A stretch of DNA of 64,000 bases from Candidatus Micrarchaeia archaeon (GCA_038874595.1 JAVZCB010000006.1:9599-73598), one strand, 5' to 3'. Numbered from the stretch's first letter, positions 1 to 8,566 are shown. A program made the numbers and translations. The notes: generated by a model not told the origin, from the sequence alone.

Positions 1-746
1 TCAAACACCCAGTTCTTAACACCGTATGCTTCAAGAAGTGCGAACAGCTCCTTAAGCTCGCTTACAGCTTCCTGGCAGCTGCTTATTTTTTCGTAATATT
101 CTATGTCTTTGGTGAACGCATCAACAATCTCTTTTCCGTTTTTTATCCCGTTCAGCTCAAGCTCTTTGATAACCTCAGCTTTATCCTTCTTATCAAGCTT
201 GTCAATGCATCTTATTGCAGCATCTATTTTGCCAGCTTCAACACCAACGTGCCTCAGCACGTTTTCCATCAGTTTCCGGTTGTTTATGTGCACCTCATAC
301 CCAGTTACTCCGAGCTCATCAAGGACATCACACGCGCATGCAATCAGCTCCGCCTCACACCTGACACTCTTGCTCCCCAATATGTCTGCATCAGCCTGTG
401 TAAACTCCCTATACCTCCCATACTGCGGCTCCTCACGCCTCCACGATTGGCCTATGGTGTATCTCTTGAACGGCATTGGAAGCGATAAGTTCTCAGAATA
501 CATCCGTGCAAGCGATACTGTAAGGTCAAACCTTAACCCTAACTCCTCATCGTTGAACCTGAAAATCTCACTCTTGATGCCTTCCCCGCTCTTTGCCTCC
601 AATACGTCAAGCCTCTCGATTGCGGGATGTGCAACAGGGTCAAACCCATACTCTTGGTATTTTCGCTCAATTACAGAAATAATGTGCTTGCGTGTTATCT
701 CATCCTCAGGCAGTATGTCACGCATACCTCTCGCACGTCGAATCAT
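1..746 (-). CDS. hisS: histidyl-tRNA synthetase, N-terminal ~248 aa (gene runs off the left edge)
   Basis: Absent from the ORF track because no stop lies in the window. My reverse translation from ATG 746 reads MIRRARGMRDILPEDEITRKH...FKRYTIGQSWRREEPQYGRYREFTQADADILG, which are class II HisRS motifs. The + ORFs 103..762 and 249..488 are antisense artefacts. Confidence 0.85.
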   Translation of the reverse strand, partial: MIRRARGMRDILPEDEITRKHIISVIERKYQEYGFDPVAHPAIERLDVLEAKSGEGIKSEIFRFNDEELGLRFDLTVSLARMYSENLSLPMPFKRYTIGQSWRREEPQYGRYREFTQADADILGSKSVRCEAELIACACDVLDELGVTGYEVHINNRKLMENVLRHVGVEAGKIDAAIRCIDKLDKKDKAEVIKELELNGIKNGKEIVDAFTKDIEYYEKISSCQEAVSELKELFALLEAYGVKNWVF

Positions 747-766
747 GCACCTATTACAATAACAAC

Positions 767-776
767 ATATTTAAAT
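767..776. promoter_or_regulatory. TATA-like element ATATTTAAAT between divergent hisS and the T2SSF gene
   Basis: Lies 21-30 nt from hisS ATG (746) and 23-41 nt from GTG 799/ATG 808. The same motif recurs upstream of other genes in the window. Confidence 0.45.
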
Positions 777-798
777 TATTTGCCAGCAAATCCCTATT

Positions 799-1665
799 GT
801 GATATTAATGTCTTCAACGGAAAGCCAGCAGCCATCAATGAAGAAAGAGAGGGTTAACGCATTTGTTGATAAGATTGGCTCATTTTTCCCTGACCTCAGG
901 AAGAAGCTCAGGATTGCAAAGATGAGCAAGGGGCAGGAGGCATATATCCGTGATGCAATTGTCTATACTGCGCTTGTATCTGTTACGCTATTCCTGATTT
1001 ACCTTCTCATATTCATCACTGCATACATTAGCCTTCTCTGGCTGATAATCCTGTTCCCGCTCACTGCACTTGCAGTGTTCCTGTTCTTTATGAAACGCGT
1101 TGATGTAGTGATATCATCGCGCGAGCGCAGCATTGATAAGGACCTGCTGTTCGCCGGCAGGCAGCTGCTCATTGAGGTTCGTGGCGGTATCCCACTGTAC
1201 GATGCGATAACGCATCTCACAAAGGATTACGGCGAGGTCAGCAAGGTGTTCAAGGAGATAATTGATAAGACCAACCTGGGTGTCCCGCTTGATGTTGCAA
1301 TGGAAGATGTTGCTGAGGAGACGCCATCAAAGCCGTTCAAGCGCCTTATCCTGCAGATAGTCAACTCAATCCGCTCCGGTTCCGATATTGCAGTATCGCT
1401 TGAGACGATTTTGGACCAGATGTCGCAGGAGCAGATAATAGAGATTAAGGCGTATGGGCAGAAGCTTAACCCGCTTGGCATGTTTTACTTGCTGTTTGGC
1501 ATTATAGTGCCATCTCTTGGCATAACGCTCGCAGTAACATTGCTCACGTTTACGGGCGTATCTTTTGGAAATGTTATGCTATGGGGTGCGCTTATAGTGA
1601 TAATGCTTATCCAGTACATATTCCTAACAATGATTGAAAGCTCAAGACCGAGGTTTGAAGTATGA
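799..1665 (+). CDS. type II secretion system F-domain membrane protein (TadB/FlaJ-like pilus platform, part 1)
   Basis: Polytopic TM protein with a cytoplasmic helical domain (DLLFAGRQLLIEVRGGIPLYDAITHL...IVNSIRSGSDIAVSLE), typical of T2SSF. Start may be ATG 808. Confidence 0.7.
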   Translation: MILMSSTESQQPSMKKERVNAFVDKIGSFFPDLRKKLRIAKMSKGQEAYIRDAIVYTALVSVTLFLIYLLIFITAYISLLWLIILFPLTALAVFLFFMKRVDVVISSRERSIDKDLLFAGRQLLIEVRGGIPLYDAITHLTKDYGEVSKVFKEIIDKTNLGVPLDVAMEDVAEETPSKPFKRLILQIVNSIRSGSDIAVSLETILDQMSQEQIIEIKAYGQKLNPLGMFYLLFGIIVPSLGITLAVTLLTFTGVSFGNVMLWGALIVIMLIQYIFLTMIESSRPRFEV

Positions 1666-2705
1666 GCAGGTTAACACAAATAGGGCGTTCATTCCCGAGA
1701 AATATTGTACACACCGTTACCAAGTACATTGATATGGCCGGTATCAAGGAAGAGGCCGAATGGGTGCTTGGTGGCGCGGTGGTGTTTGCAGTCGGTTTTG
1801 GCCTTCTGGTATTCATAATTGCGCTGTTCGGCACGAGCTGGATATCTGCATTCTCGGCACCGCTAAGCGGCCTTGGGGATTTCGCATCGCAGTTTATAGG
1901 CGGGCTGCTGATGTTCGTCTCAATCGAGCTCGCATCGGTGGTTGCAGTAGCAATCGTAATTTATGCATACCTGCTCGTGCAGATGGATGCGAGGCGGCGC
2001 GAGATTGAAAGCGTGCTCCCCGATTTCTTACAGTTATCAGCAGCTAACGTGCGTGCCGGTCTGCCGGTCGAGCAGGCGCTATGGCGCGCAGCCACACCAG
2101 AGTTTGGTGTGCTTTCAAAAGAAGTCCAAATTGCAATGAAAAGGACTTTTAGCGGTGAATCGCTCTCAGATTCCTTAACATACCTGGCAAACAGGTTCAA
2201 TTCAAAGTACCTTATGAGGACGGTAAGCGTGCTCAAGTTTGGCATTGCGTCCGGTGGGGAGATTGGCGAGATAATGGAACGCACCGCAGCAGACCTGCGC
2301 AAGATGCAAATTCTCTACAAGGAAGCAAGCTCATCAATGATAATGTATGTCATATTCATATCATTTGCGGCACTTATAGGTGCACCATTCCTGTTTGCAA
2401 TATCATACAAGCTTATTGCAACACTGAGCGCTGTGTGGGCGCACCTGCCCCCAACCCAGGATTACTCATCGTTCGGTCTTGTATCATTCTCACCGCCGCA
2501 GATAACACCCGATGATTTCAAGCTGTTTGCCATACTATCCATTATGGTAACTTCGGTGTTCGCATCGTTTATACTTGCAGTGATACAGAGCGGCTCGCCG
2601 CGTGATGGCCTAAAGCTCCTCCCATTCTTCCTGATTGCAGGTATTGGGCTGCTGCTTATATTCATGGGTGTTATTAACAGCCTGCTTTCCAGCTTATTTA
2701 TTTAA
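1662..2705 (+). CDS. type II secretion system F-domain membrane protein (TadC/FlaJ-like, part 2)
   Basis: ATGA overlap with the previous gene. Carries a T2SSF-like LPDFLQLSAANVRAGLPVEQALWRA...IASGGEIGEIMERTA plus flanking TM helices. Confidence 0.7.
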   Translation: MSRLTQIGRSFPRNIVHTVTKYIDMAGIKEEAEWVLGGAVVFAVGFGLLVFIIALFGTSWISAFSAPLSGLGDFASQFIGGLLMFVSIELASVVAVAIVIYAYLLVQMDARRREIESVLPDFLQLSAANVRAGLPVEQALWRAATPEFGVLSKEVQIAMKRTFSGESLSDSLTYLANRFNSKYLMRTVSVLKFGIASGGEIGEIMERTAADLRKMQILYKEASSSMIMYVIFISFAALIGAPFLFAISYKLIATLSAVWAHLPPTQDYSSFGLVSFSPPQITPDDFKLFAILSIMVTSVFASFILAVIQSGSPRDGLKLLPFFLIAGIGLLLIFMGVINSLLSSLFI

Positions 2706-2742
2706 ATTTTCTTATTCTGAATTCCCCAAAGGCCAGCCGCGT

Positions 2743-2853
2743 GCCTCCGTAGCTCAGTGGTAGAGCGCTCGCCTTGTAAGCGAGAGGTCGTGGGTTCAAA
2801 TGCGCTGCTGAACGTGGTAAAATTCAGCAACGCTGGATTTCCCACCGGGGGCT
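2743..2853 (+). tRNA. tRNA-Thr(UGU) with a ~39-nt intron in the T-loop (about 2802..2840)
   Basis: Hand-folded cloverleaf. Acceptor GCCTCCG/CGGGGGC, D arm GCTC-AGTGGTA-GAGC, anticodon arm CTCGC-CTTGTAA-GCGAG, T stem GTGGG...CCCAC. The T stem halves are separated by TTCAAAT plus a hairpin insert (GCG-C-TGCTGAA/TTCAGCA-A-CGC). Mature length is 72 nt. No CCA is encoded. Confidence 0.85.
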
Positions 2854-2866
2854 CTCTCTTTTCCTT

Positions 2867-3157
2867 TTAATAATACCTTATATCAAAATTCGTGTAGTTT
2901 CCTATCTGTATTGCCCTTTTCTCAACCACACTTATCTCACTTACATAAATGCCATCATCTTCCTTAATGTTGATCGCCTCGCAAAGCTCGCGCAATTCTT
3001 TCTCTGAATTGCATTCACATACAATCTCAACCTTATCCCTCTCAGGAAGGTTTCGTACATATCCGTGCACACCTATCCTTTTTGCAATGTCCCTTACAGC
3101 AGCCCTGTAAAATACGCCCTGTACCCTGCCACGTGCAATGATACGCGCATAAATCAT
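2867..3157 (-). CDS. acyP: acylphosphatase
   Basis: 96 aa. RVQGVFYRAAVRDIAKRIGVHGYVRNLPERDKVEIVCE matches the acylphosphatase signature. Confidence 0.85.
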   Translation of the reverse strand: MIYARIIARGRVQGVFYRAAVRDIAKRIGVHGYVRNLPERDKVEIVCECNSEKELRELCEAINIKEDDGIYVSEISVVEKRAIQIGNYTNFDIRYY

Positions 3158-3172
3158 GCAGACACCTGCCGC

Positions 3173-4306
3173 CTACTCAAAATGTTTCTCCCACATCGCC
3201 GCAGCGAGCTTGCCGGTGCGCATAAATTTCTCAGCATCCACCTTCTCACGGCTTTTCCTGTGTGCATCCAGGAACGTGTTTATCTTATCAATAAGTATCG
3301 CTTTGAGCTCACCGCTGAGCAGCGCACCGCTCTCATAATCCGCCTTTATTTTTGCAAGCTTTGAGTCGTCAGGCTCAAAAAATATGCTGAGCCACTGGTA
3401 GGATACATCAATACTGGTATCGCCGCCAAGCCTGCGGTGCTCCTCAACAGTTTCCCTGCCACCCGAGAATGCATACTTATTGATTTTTCTTTTCACGGTA
3501 TTCTCGTCATCAGTGAGCCACAGAGCACTCTCTGGAATGCTCGAGCTCATCTTCCCTTCCGCCCCTGTAAGCGGGGGCAGGAATTTTGAATGTATCGCAG
3601 CCGTTTTTAGATAACCCAACGATTCGGCAATGTCACGCTGGATGCGCCAGTAGGGGTCCTGGTCAATCGCGTTTGGGATGAGACATCTCTTCTTCTCAAA
3701 GAACGTTGGCACGATCTGGTATGCAGGGTAGAATATTGAGCCGATATTTGTCTCATTTGTAAACCCAAAAACCGCCTTTGCAGTAGAGAATGTTATCCGC
3801 TTTGAAACCTTAAGGATTGCGGGGTATACATTCCTTACGTACTCGCTGTCCTTGAATATGAACGTCCTGTCCGGGTCAAACCCGACCGCTGCAATATCCA
3901 GGATGTTATCATCAGAGTGTTTCTGCACATCTTTCCAGGAGAGGTCGCGCTTGAACACGAACTTCTCATCATCGGTTATCTCAATGTACACGTTTACTTT
4001 GAACCGTTCCTGCAACCATTTCGTAAATATGAGCGGTATCAGGTGACCTATGTGCATCGGCCCGCTTGGCCCGCGCCCAGTATACAGGAAAAATCCCTTT
4101 CCATTTTCGTAATCATCCAAAACAAGATTAAGGTCTCGATGTGAGAAAAAGAATTCCCTTCTTAGCATTACATTGTCATCTTTTGCCAGGCTGTTTAACC
4201 GTGCTTTCAGCTCGCCTGTTATTTTTTGTGTGCCAAACTCTTTCACAATCTTATCGTAATCCAGGTTCCCTACAACTTCCCACGGTGTAACCTTCTGTTC
4301 TGCCAT
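3173..4306 (-). CDS. trpS: tryptophanyl-tRNA synthetase (archaeal/eukaryotic type)
   Basis: FFLYTGRGPSGPMHIGHLIPLIFTKWLQ (HIGH region) and KMSSS loop. Close to the eukaryotic TrpRS pattern. Confidence 0.9.
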   Translation of the reverse strand: MAEQKVTPWEVVGNLDYDKIVKEFGTQKITGELKARLNSLAKDDNVMLRREFFFSHRDLNLVLDDYENGKGFFLYTGRGPSGPMHIGHLIPLIFTKWLQERFKVNVYIEITDDEKFVFKRDLSWKDVQKHSDDNILDIAAVGFDPDRTFIFKDSEYVRNVYPAILKVSKRITFSTAKAVFGFTNETNIGSIFYPAYQIVPTFFEKKRCLIPNAIDQDPYWRIQRDIAESLGYLKTAAIHSKFLPPLTGAEGKMSSSIPESALWLTDDENTVKRKINKYAFSGGRETVEEHRRLGGDTSIDVSYQWLSIFFEPDDSKLAKIKADYESGALLSGELKAILIDKINTFLDAHRKSREKVDAEKFMRTGKLAAAMWEKHFE

Positions 4307-4312
4307 TTGAAA

Positions 4313-5020
4313 TCACTCGCTTATCTCAAGCACCGAGTGCGGGTCAATCTCTATACCCTTTGGCCCGATGTGCATCTGGTGGACGAGTTGTGAATGTGCA
4401 GAGCCGCGCAGCTCGGCAACCTCAATCCCGCGCATCCTCCTCCCGCCTATGAGCTTGTTGTAAAGCCTGACCGATGCATCAGCTATCGCCTCAATACTGC
4501 TCGTGATATCAGTGGTCTGGTCGCGTGTCCCGCTAAGCATTAATGAAGTGCACCCCCATTTCCTGAGCTTATCCGTGAATTTCATAAGCCCGGCCTTGCG
4601 TGACACGTTATCCTCAAAGTGCATTCCCATAATGCCAACCGGGTCGACAACAATCCTGCTCACACCAAACTTATCAATAAGATTGAGGAGCGTATCCTCC
4701 TGCTCAAAGAAGATGCCAACCTCGTGCGGCGGGTATTCAAGGAACACAATCTTCTGCGAATCCTCAAGTGCTTTTATATTCCACCCAAACTTGAGCATAT
4801 TCCTATACATTATCTTCTTCGGCTCCTCAAAACATATGTACATCCCATTCTCATCGTACTCGGATGCGCCGTTGTACAGGAACTGCATCCCAAATATCGT
4901 CTTGCCCGTGCCGATGTCACCACTAACCGACACGATCGTATTGCGGATAATCCCCCCATCTGTAATCTCATCAAATCCGGGTATCCCGGACGCTACCCTA
5001 TCAGCAGTTCTACCTCTCAT
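4313..5020 (-). CDS. KaiC/RecA-superfamily ATPase (single domain)
   Basis: GIPGFDEITDGGIIRNTIVSVSGDIGTGKTIFGMQFLYNG gives a Walker A in a KaiC-like context. Walker B-like RIVVDPV is also present. Confidence 0.75.
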   Translation of the reverse strand: MRGRTADRVASGIPGFDEITDGGIIRNTIVSVSGDIGTGKTIFGMQFLYNGASEYDENGMYICFEEPKKIMYRNMLKFGWNIKALEDSQKIVFLEYPPHEVGIFFEQEDTLLNLIDKFGVSRIVVDPVGIMGMHFEDNVSRKAGLMKFTDKLRKWGCTSLMLSGTRDQTTDITSSIEAIADASVRLYNKLIGGRRMRGIEVAELRGSAHSQLVHQMHIGPKGIEIDPHSVLEISE

Positions 5021-5520
5021 TTGTTAACACCCTTTTTCCTGAGCTCCTTGCCCAGCTGTTCCCTGAGCTTGATATTGTGTAGGAACGCCTGGAGCGCCTC
5101 ACCCTTGAGCGTGTTCCGTATTATGAATTGCGATAATGCATACGATGTCTGCGATGCATCATTCATTATGTCCTGTATCTCTGCAAACGTGATTATCCTT
5201 TTTTCCGGCTCAAGGACTTCACAGTGGACTGGACCGTACGCCATTGCAATCCTGACAGCGTTCCTGGCATCTTTCGTGAGCACTTTGATTGAGCCAGAGG
5301 TTGAGTAAATAACCTTCCCGTCAAACTCTTCCCTGATAGGCGGCTCAATCTCGCCTATGGCGTACACTACTCCATCCTCCTTTGTTATTTTTGCAAACAA
5401 GTCAGTAAGCCTGTTCTTAACACCTTCCTCATCATTTGCGTGTGAGTCAAAGTACATATTAAAAAGCAGGCCACCTTTGTTTATTATTTCTTCAGTAACT
5501 CTCTTGACATCTTTATGCAT
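5017..5520 (-). CDS. hypothetical protein, coupled to the KaiC-like ATPase
   Basis: 167-aa ORF with normal composition and an ATGA stop/start overlap with 4313..5020. I recognise no family. Confidence 0.55.
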   Translation of the reverse strand: MHKDVKRVTEEIINKGGLLFNMYFDSHANDEEGVKNRLTDLFAKITKEDGVVYAIGEIEPPIREEFDGKVIYSTSGSIKVLTKDARNAVRIAMAYGPVHCEVLEPEKRIITFAEIQDIMNDASQTSYALSQFIIRNTLKGEALQAFLHNIKLREQLGKELRKKGVNK

Positions 5521-5924
5521 AACATTCCATTAGTTACTTAATGAATAAAAAGGTATTCTGCACAAGTGCGCATATTTAAATTAAGATGCTATACCCGTAC
5601 ATATCTTTTGTCTTTAGCCCTGTATACTCCTCATATCCCTTGAGCGCTAAGCAAGCAATTTATTACACTATGGAGGTTATTCTTTTGCATCATTTTTTCT
5701 TAGCAGTTCTGCGAGCACAATATTACGTTTATCCAAAGCATACATAAGCACTTTAATCTTTTTCTTCTGATACTTTTAATTTGTTGAGATGTTTGAATTC
5801 ATATTCTCTTTTTTCACATTTTTGCTATTACTATTTTTCTGTCATCTTTGTGAAATGGTTTAAGTGCGAGCAATACGCTTAATGATCCTATGCTAAGAAG
5901 GTTTCCAGAGCTTTTTCAATAGAA

Positions 5925-5935
5925 ATATTTAAATA
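5925..5935 (+). promoter_or_regulatory. TATA-like element ATATTTAAATA
   Basis: 25-35 nt upstream of ATG 5960, which implies a leaderless or very short-leader transcript. Confidence 0.45.
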
Positions 5936-5959
5936 TAATAGTTTCTCCAAGAGCGCTGT

Positions 5960-7642
5960 ATGTCAAAAACCCTAAAAATAATAGGTGCTACTTCATTAGC
6001 GGTTGTAGCATTTGCAACATCCGCGGTTACTTATAATTCTCACTCGCACGTTTCACCTGCGATAGAGCAGCGCGCACCCGCAGCCAAGCTCTCAGATGAA
6101 TTGCAGAAAGCGCGCAAAAAGGTAAGCATACCAGAAGACCAATGCAAATCTATAACGAAAAACGCAGTGGAAAAGTTCAATAACCTTAAAATACCACCAG
6201 ATGTGGTATACAGCAGCAGGGTTTGGTTTTACTCTTATTCGAACGACCAGAGGTGCGGATTTTTCTATCCCAAAGGACAGGGTTATACAGTGGTATCTTC
6301 TCGTGATGGGTGCGAGCGTGAATTGCTTCATGCAGATGCGCACAAGCTTTACAACAGCATATCGCGTTTCATAGAAAATGACCCCATAGCCAGAAAAAAG
6401 TTCTCAGAGATGCTCTTCAATATCATTGGGAAGAACCCTGATGTTGCAGGCAAGATTTATTTTGCCAATTTCAGCTACAACGGTAATGTCCCTTCAATAG
6501 GCCCGGCGTGGGGCGGGTGGCTCACAGGGCGCGCCAGAAAGGCAGAGGAAATTTATAAGGGGCTTGAATACCTTTTTGCCGCAGGTGCAAAAAGCGCCAG
6601 AGCGCCCGCAAGCACTGCCACTGGCGCACCGAATGATGCAGGTGCAGGCAATACCGTGGCAGACCGCGCTTTGTATAATGCGCAGCAATCAATTATCGGG
6701 ACAGGTTTTGTTGGCACTGGCACAGGCACGGACATCTCAGATTTGCAGCGTGATTACTTTGGTAAGTTTTTGAGGGCGCTTGAGGCTTCCGCACAGGCGG
6801 TGAGCGACCAGCGCACCTACAAAGAGCTCATGCGTGAGATTGGCAAACTTAAGGAAATATACGAATGGGCAAAAACAAACTATTCTGTGAAAAAGAATGA
6901 AAAACCCGCCGCTTTGGCTAAGAAGCCGCCTGTGGCCGTTGAAAAACAGTTCAAGGAAATGCGCAATAGTATGCAGAATGCACTGGACCTTCTCCGCAAG
7001 AGCTCCCCGGCAGCGGCAGCCTATCTTGGAGAGTGGCTTGCATCACAGGTAATGCCAGTGCTTATGGAAGAGATGTTTGCACGGCTCAATGAAGACCTGG
7101 CCCTGAAACGTAACAGTGCAATTATGGGTGGCAGTATACGAGGTCAACCTATGAAACGCAAAGATGCAAATGTAGGTGGAAATGCAAAAGGCGATGTTTC
7201 CAAGCGCAAAGATGCAATGGTTAATGAAAAAGCAATAGTGGATAAAGAATCACTTTCCACACTGCTTGAAATTGCCTCAATCATCCTTAATAAAGTTGAA
7301 GCAGGTGAGTACAAGGACAAGGAAGGTGCGCTTAAGGTAGCAACTCATATACGCCGCCTTGTAAATCATTATCTTAATGACAAGGCACAACCAGAAGACA
7401 CAAAACAAGCTGCAGGCATAGGTTGGCAGGATGTATTAAAAGAGCCCAGATGTTTCAAGAACGCTGAGAGTGCAATAATCGCCGCTGAGCTTGATGAGGT
7501 GGAGCGCTTGCACAGGAGGAATATGGACATCCTGGCCCAACTGCCGGAAGAGAGAGTATTTTACCTAAGTTACCTGTTTTCGCTCTTTATGCTTGCCGGT
7601 GCAGGATATCTGGCATATACAGGCACTCGTAAGGAGGATTAG
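5960..7642 (+). CDS. hypothetical protein with N-terminal signal/anchor and C-terminal TM helix
   Basis: 560 aa. N-terminus KIIGATSLAVVAFATSAV, C-terminus VFYLSYLFSLFMLAGAGYLAY. Ala/Lys-rich helical body with no recognised domain. Confidence 0.6.
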   Translation: MSKTLKIIGATSLAVVAFATSAVTYNSHSHVSPAIEQRAPAAKLSDELQKARKKVSIPEDQCKSITKNAVEKFNNLKIPPDVVYSSRVWFYSYSNDQRCGFFYPKGQGYTVVSSRDGCERELLHADAHKLYNSISRFIENDPIARKKFSEMLFNIIGKNPDVAGKIYFANFSYNGNVPSIGPAWGGWLTGRARKAEEIYKGLEYLFAAGAKSARAPASTATGAPNDAGAGNTVADRALYNAQQSIIGTGFVGTGTGTDISDLQRDYFGKFLRALEASAQAVSDQRTYKELMREIGKLKEIYEWAKTNYSVKKNEKPAALAKKPPVAVEKQFKEMRNSMQNALDLLRKSSPAAAAYLGEWLASQVMPVLMEEMFARLNEDLALKRNSAIMGGSIRGQPMKRKDANVGGNAKGDVSKRKDAMVNEKAIVDKESLSTLLEIASIILNKVEAGEYKDKEGALKVATHIRRLVNHYLNDKAQPEDTKQAAGIGWQDVLKEPRCFKNAESAIIAAELDEVERLHRRNMDILAQLPEERVFYLSYLFSLFMLAGAGYLAYTGTRKED

Positions 7643-7671
7643 GATTCTATCTTGCCAGCGGTAGCGTTAAC

Positions 7672-7681
7672 TTTATATATA
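7672..7681 (+). promoter_or_regulatory. strong TATA box TTTATATATA
   Basis: Its centre lies ~26 nt upstream of 7700-7703, exactly where the first long helix of the GC-rich block begins. Confidence 0.5.
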
Positions 7682-7699
7682 GTTTTATGCCTTAAATAA

Positions 7700-7958
7700 G
7701 CTGCTGCGCATGGATGGCCACAGGAGTATCGTAGCGCAATGATATGCCAGCCTGGCTCGCCAGGCGGGTGCGCCTCCCGTGAATGCGGCTGTGCGCATGG
7801 TCGACAGTGCGCAGCATAGCCTTTCTTCAAATACGAAGATGGCCGTATCAGGGCAACGCTTTGTACGGCGGGCTATAGCAGTATCCACTTGCAGGTGCTG
7901 GTGGGGACTGCATTAATGCTACGGAATAGGTGTTAACGGCCTATCATAAGCGGGGGCC
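7700..7958. ncRNA. candidate structured RNA (identity unresolved; free ncRNA or long structured leader of the DUF167-Toprim-DnaG genes)
   Basis: GC-rich island containing only implausible Cys/Arg/His/Ala-rich ORFs. Nested helices read by eye: 7703-7709/7810-7816 (7 bp) extended by 7700-7702/7819-7821; CACAGGAG 7719-7726/CTCCCGTG 7774-7781; GCGCA 7734-7738/TGCGC 7769-7773; CCTGG-CTCG-CCAGG 7751-7764; GCCGTA 7842-7847/TACGGC 7864-7869; GCAGT 7878-7882/ACTGC 7907-7911. Strand is uncertain: the TATA box favours +, and the G-U versus A-C evidence is mixed. Confidence 0.4.
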
Positions 7959-7961
7959 AAA

Positions 7962-8213
7962 ATGAAAGTTGATGTCAAAGTGCATCCGCGCTCAAAAAGC
8001 GTTATGATAAAGGGCGGTGACGTGTGGGATGTTTATCTCACCGAGCCGGCCGAACACAACCGTGCGAACAGGCAGCTCCTGGATGTGCTTAAGCGCGCAT
8101 TCGGCTGCGAAGTATCGCTCGTAAGCGGGCACACGAGCCGAAAAAAGACGGTGCTTCTGGGCCTTGGCGAGGAGGAATATAATGCGCTCAAGGAAAAGTA
8201 CCGGCCTGGATAA
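7962..8213 (+). CDS. DUF167/YggU-family protein
   Basis: 83 aa. VKVHPRSK...NRANRQLLDVLKRAFGCEVSLVSGHTSRKKTVLL matches the YggU pattern. Confidence 0.75.
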   Translation: MKVDVKVHPRSKSVMIKGGDVWDVYLTEPAEHNRANRQLLDVLKRAFGCEVSLVSGHTSRKKTVLLGLGEEEYNALKEKYRPG

Positions 8214-8544
8214 TGCAATATCACGGCTGGTAACTGACCTGAACGACCGTCTGGTCATAGTTGAGGGCAAGCGCGATGTCGCAGCCCTTGGGAAGGTTGG
8301 TGTCCGTGCACACGTGCTAACGCTTGACAAGCTTCAGCATATGGAACGCATCACAGCAGATGAGGCAGTAATCCTGACCGATTTTGACCGTGCAGGTGAG
8401 GCAAAGCTCATGAAAGCTGAGTCGATCCTTATCGGGAAAGGTATCAGGATAGATACAGGCCTTAGGGAGCGTTTCAGGCGGATTTTTGGCATCACCACAA
8501 TAGAGGATTTGCCCCGCGCTTTTGAGAAGCTGGCACACCAGTAA
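8182..8544 (+). CDS. small Toprim-domain protein (primase-like/RNase M5-like)
   Basis: LVIVEGKRDVAAL (Toprim Glu) and AVILTDFDRAGE (DxD). Start is ATG 8182 or 8164; either overlaps the DUF167 gene end. Confidence 0.7.
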   Translation: MRSRKSTGLDNAISRLVTDLNDRLVIVEGKRDVAALGKVGVRAHVLTLDKLQHMERITADEAVILTDFDRAGEAKLMKAESILIGKGIRIDTGLRERFRRIFGITTIEDLPRAFEKLAHQ

Positions 8545-8566
8545 GAAATAGGAAATGGTGATGTAA

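Noticed and set aside
103-762. 219-aa + ORF (and 249..488) at the left edge
   Set aside because: Ser/Leu-rich low-complexity translation. The opposite strand encodes an unmistakable HisRS N-terminus, so these are antisense shadow ORFs.
5521-5959. Possible small ORFs or sRNA in the 439-bp AT-rich spacer (for example 53-aa ORF from ATG 5586; ATATTTAAAT copy at 5571-5582)
   Set aside because: The ORF starts only 4 nt after the TATA-like element, so it cannot be transcribed from it, and its composition is poor. No C/D-box or other RNA signature was found. Evidence is insufficient.
7639-7888. Two overlapping minus-strand ORFs (63 and 67 aa) in the GC-rich block
   Set aside because: Cys/His/Arg/Ala/Pro-rich translations typical of structured RNA or GC-rich non-coding sequence. 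There is no TATA or Shine-Dalgarno site in the right place. The region is treated as a candidate RNA instead.
7700-7958. Assigning the structured block specifically to SRP RNA or RNase P RNA
   Set aside because: The size is compatible, but I could not locate the SRP helix-8 GNRA/AGCA signature. The RNase P CR-I/CR-V motifs are also not in the correct order; only weak look-alikes exist (GAAGAAAGGCU on the minus strand, AAUAGGUGUUAACGG on the plus strand). It is left as an unclassified candidate.
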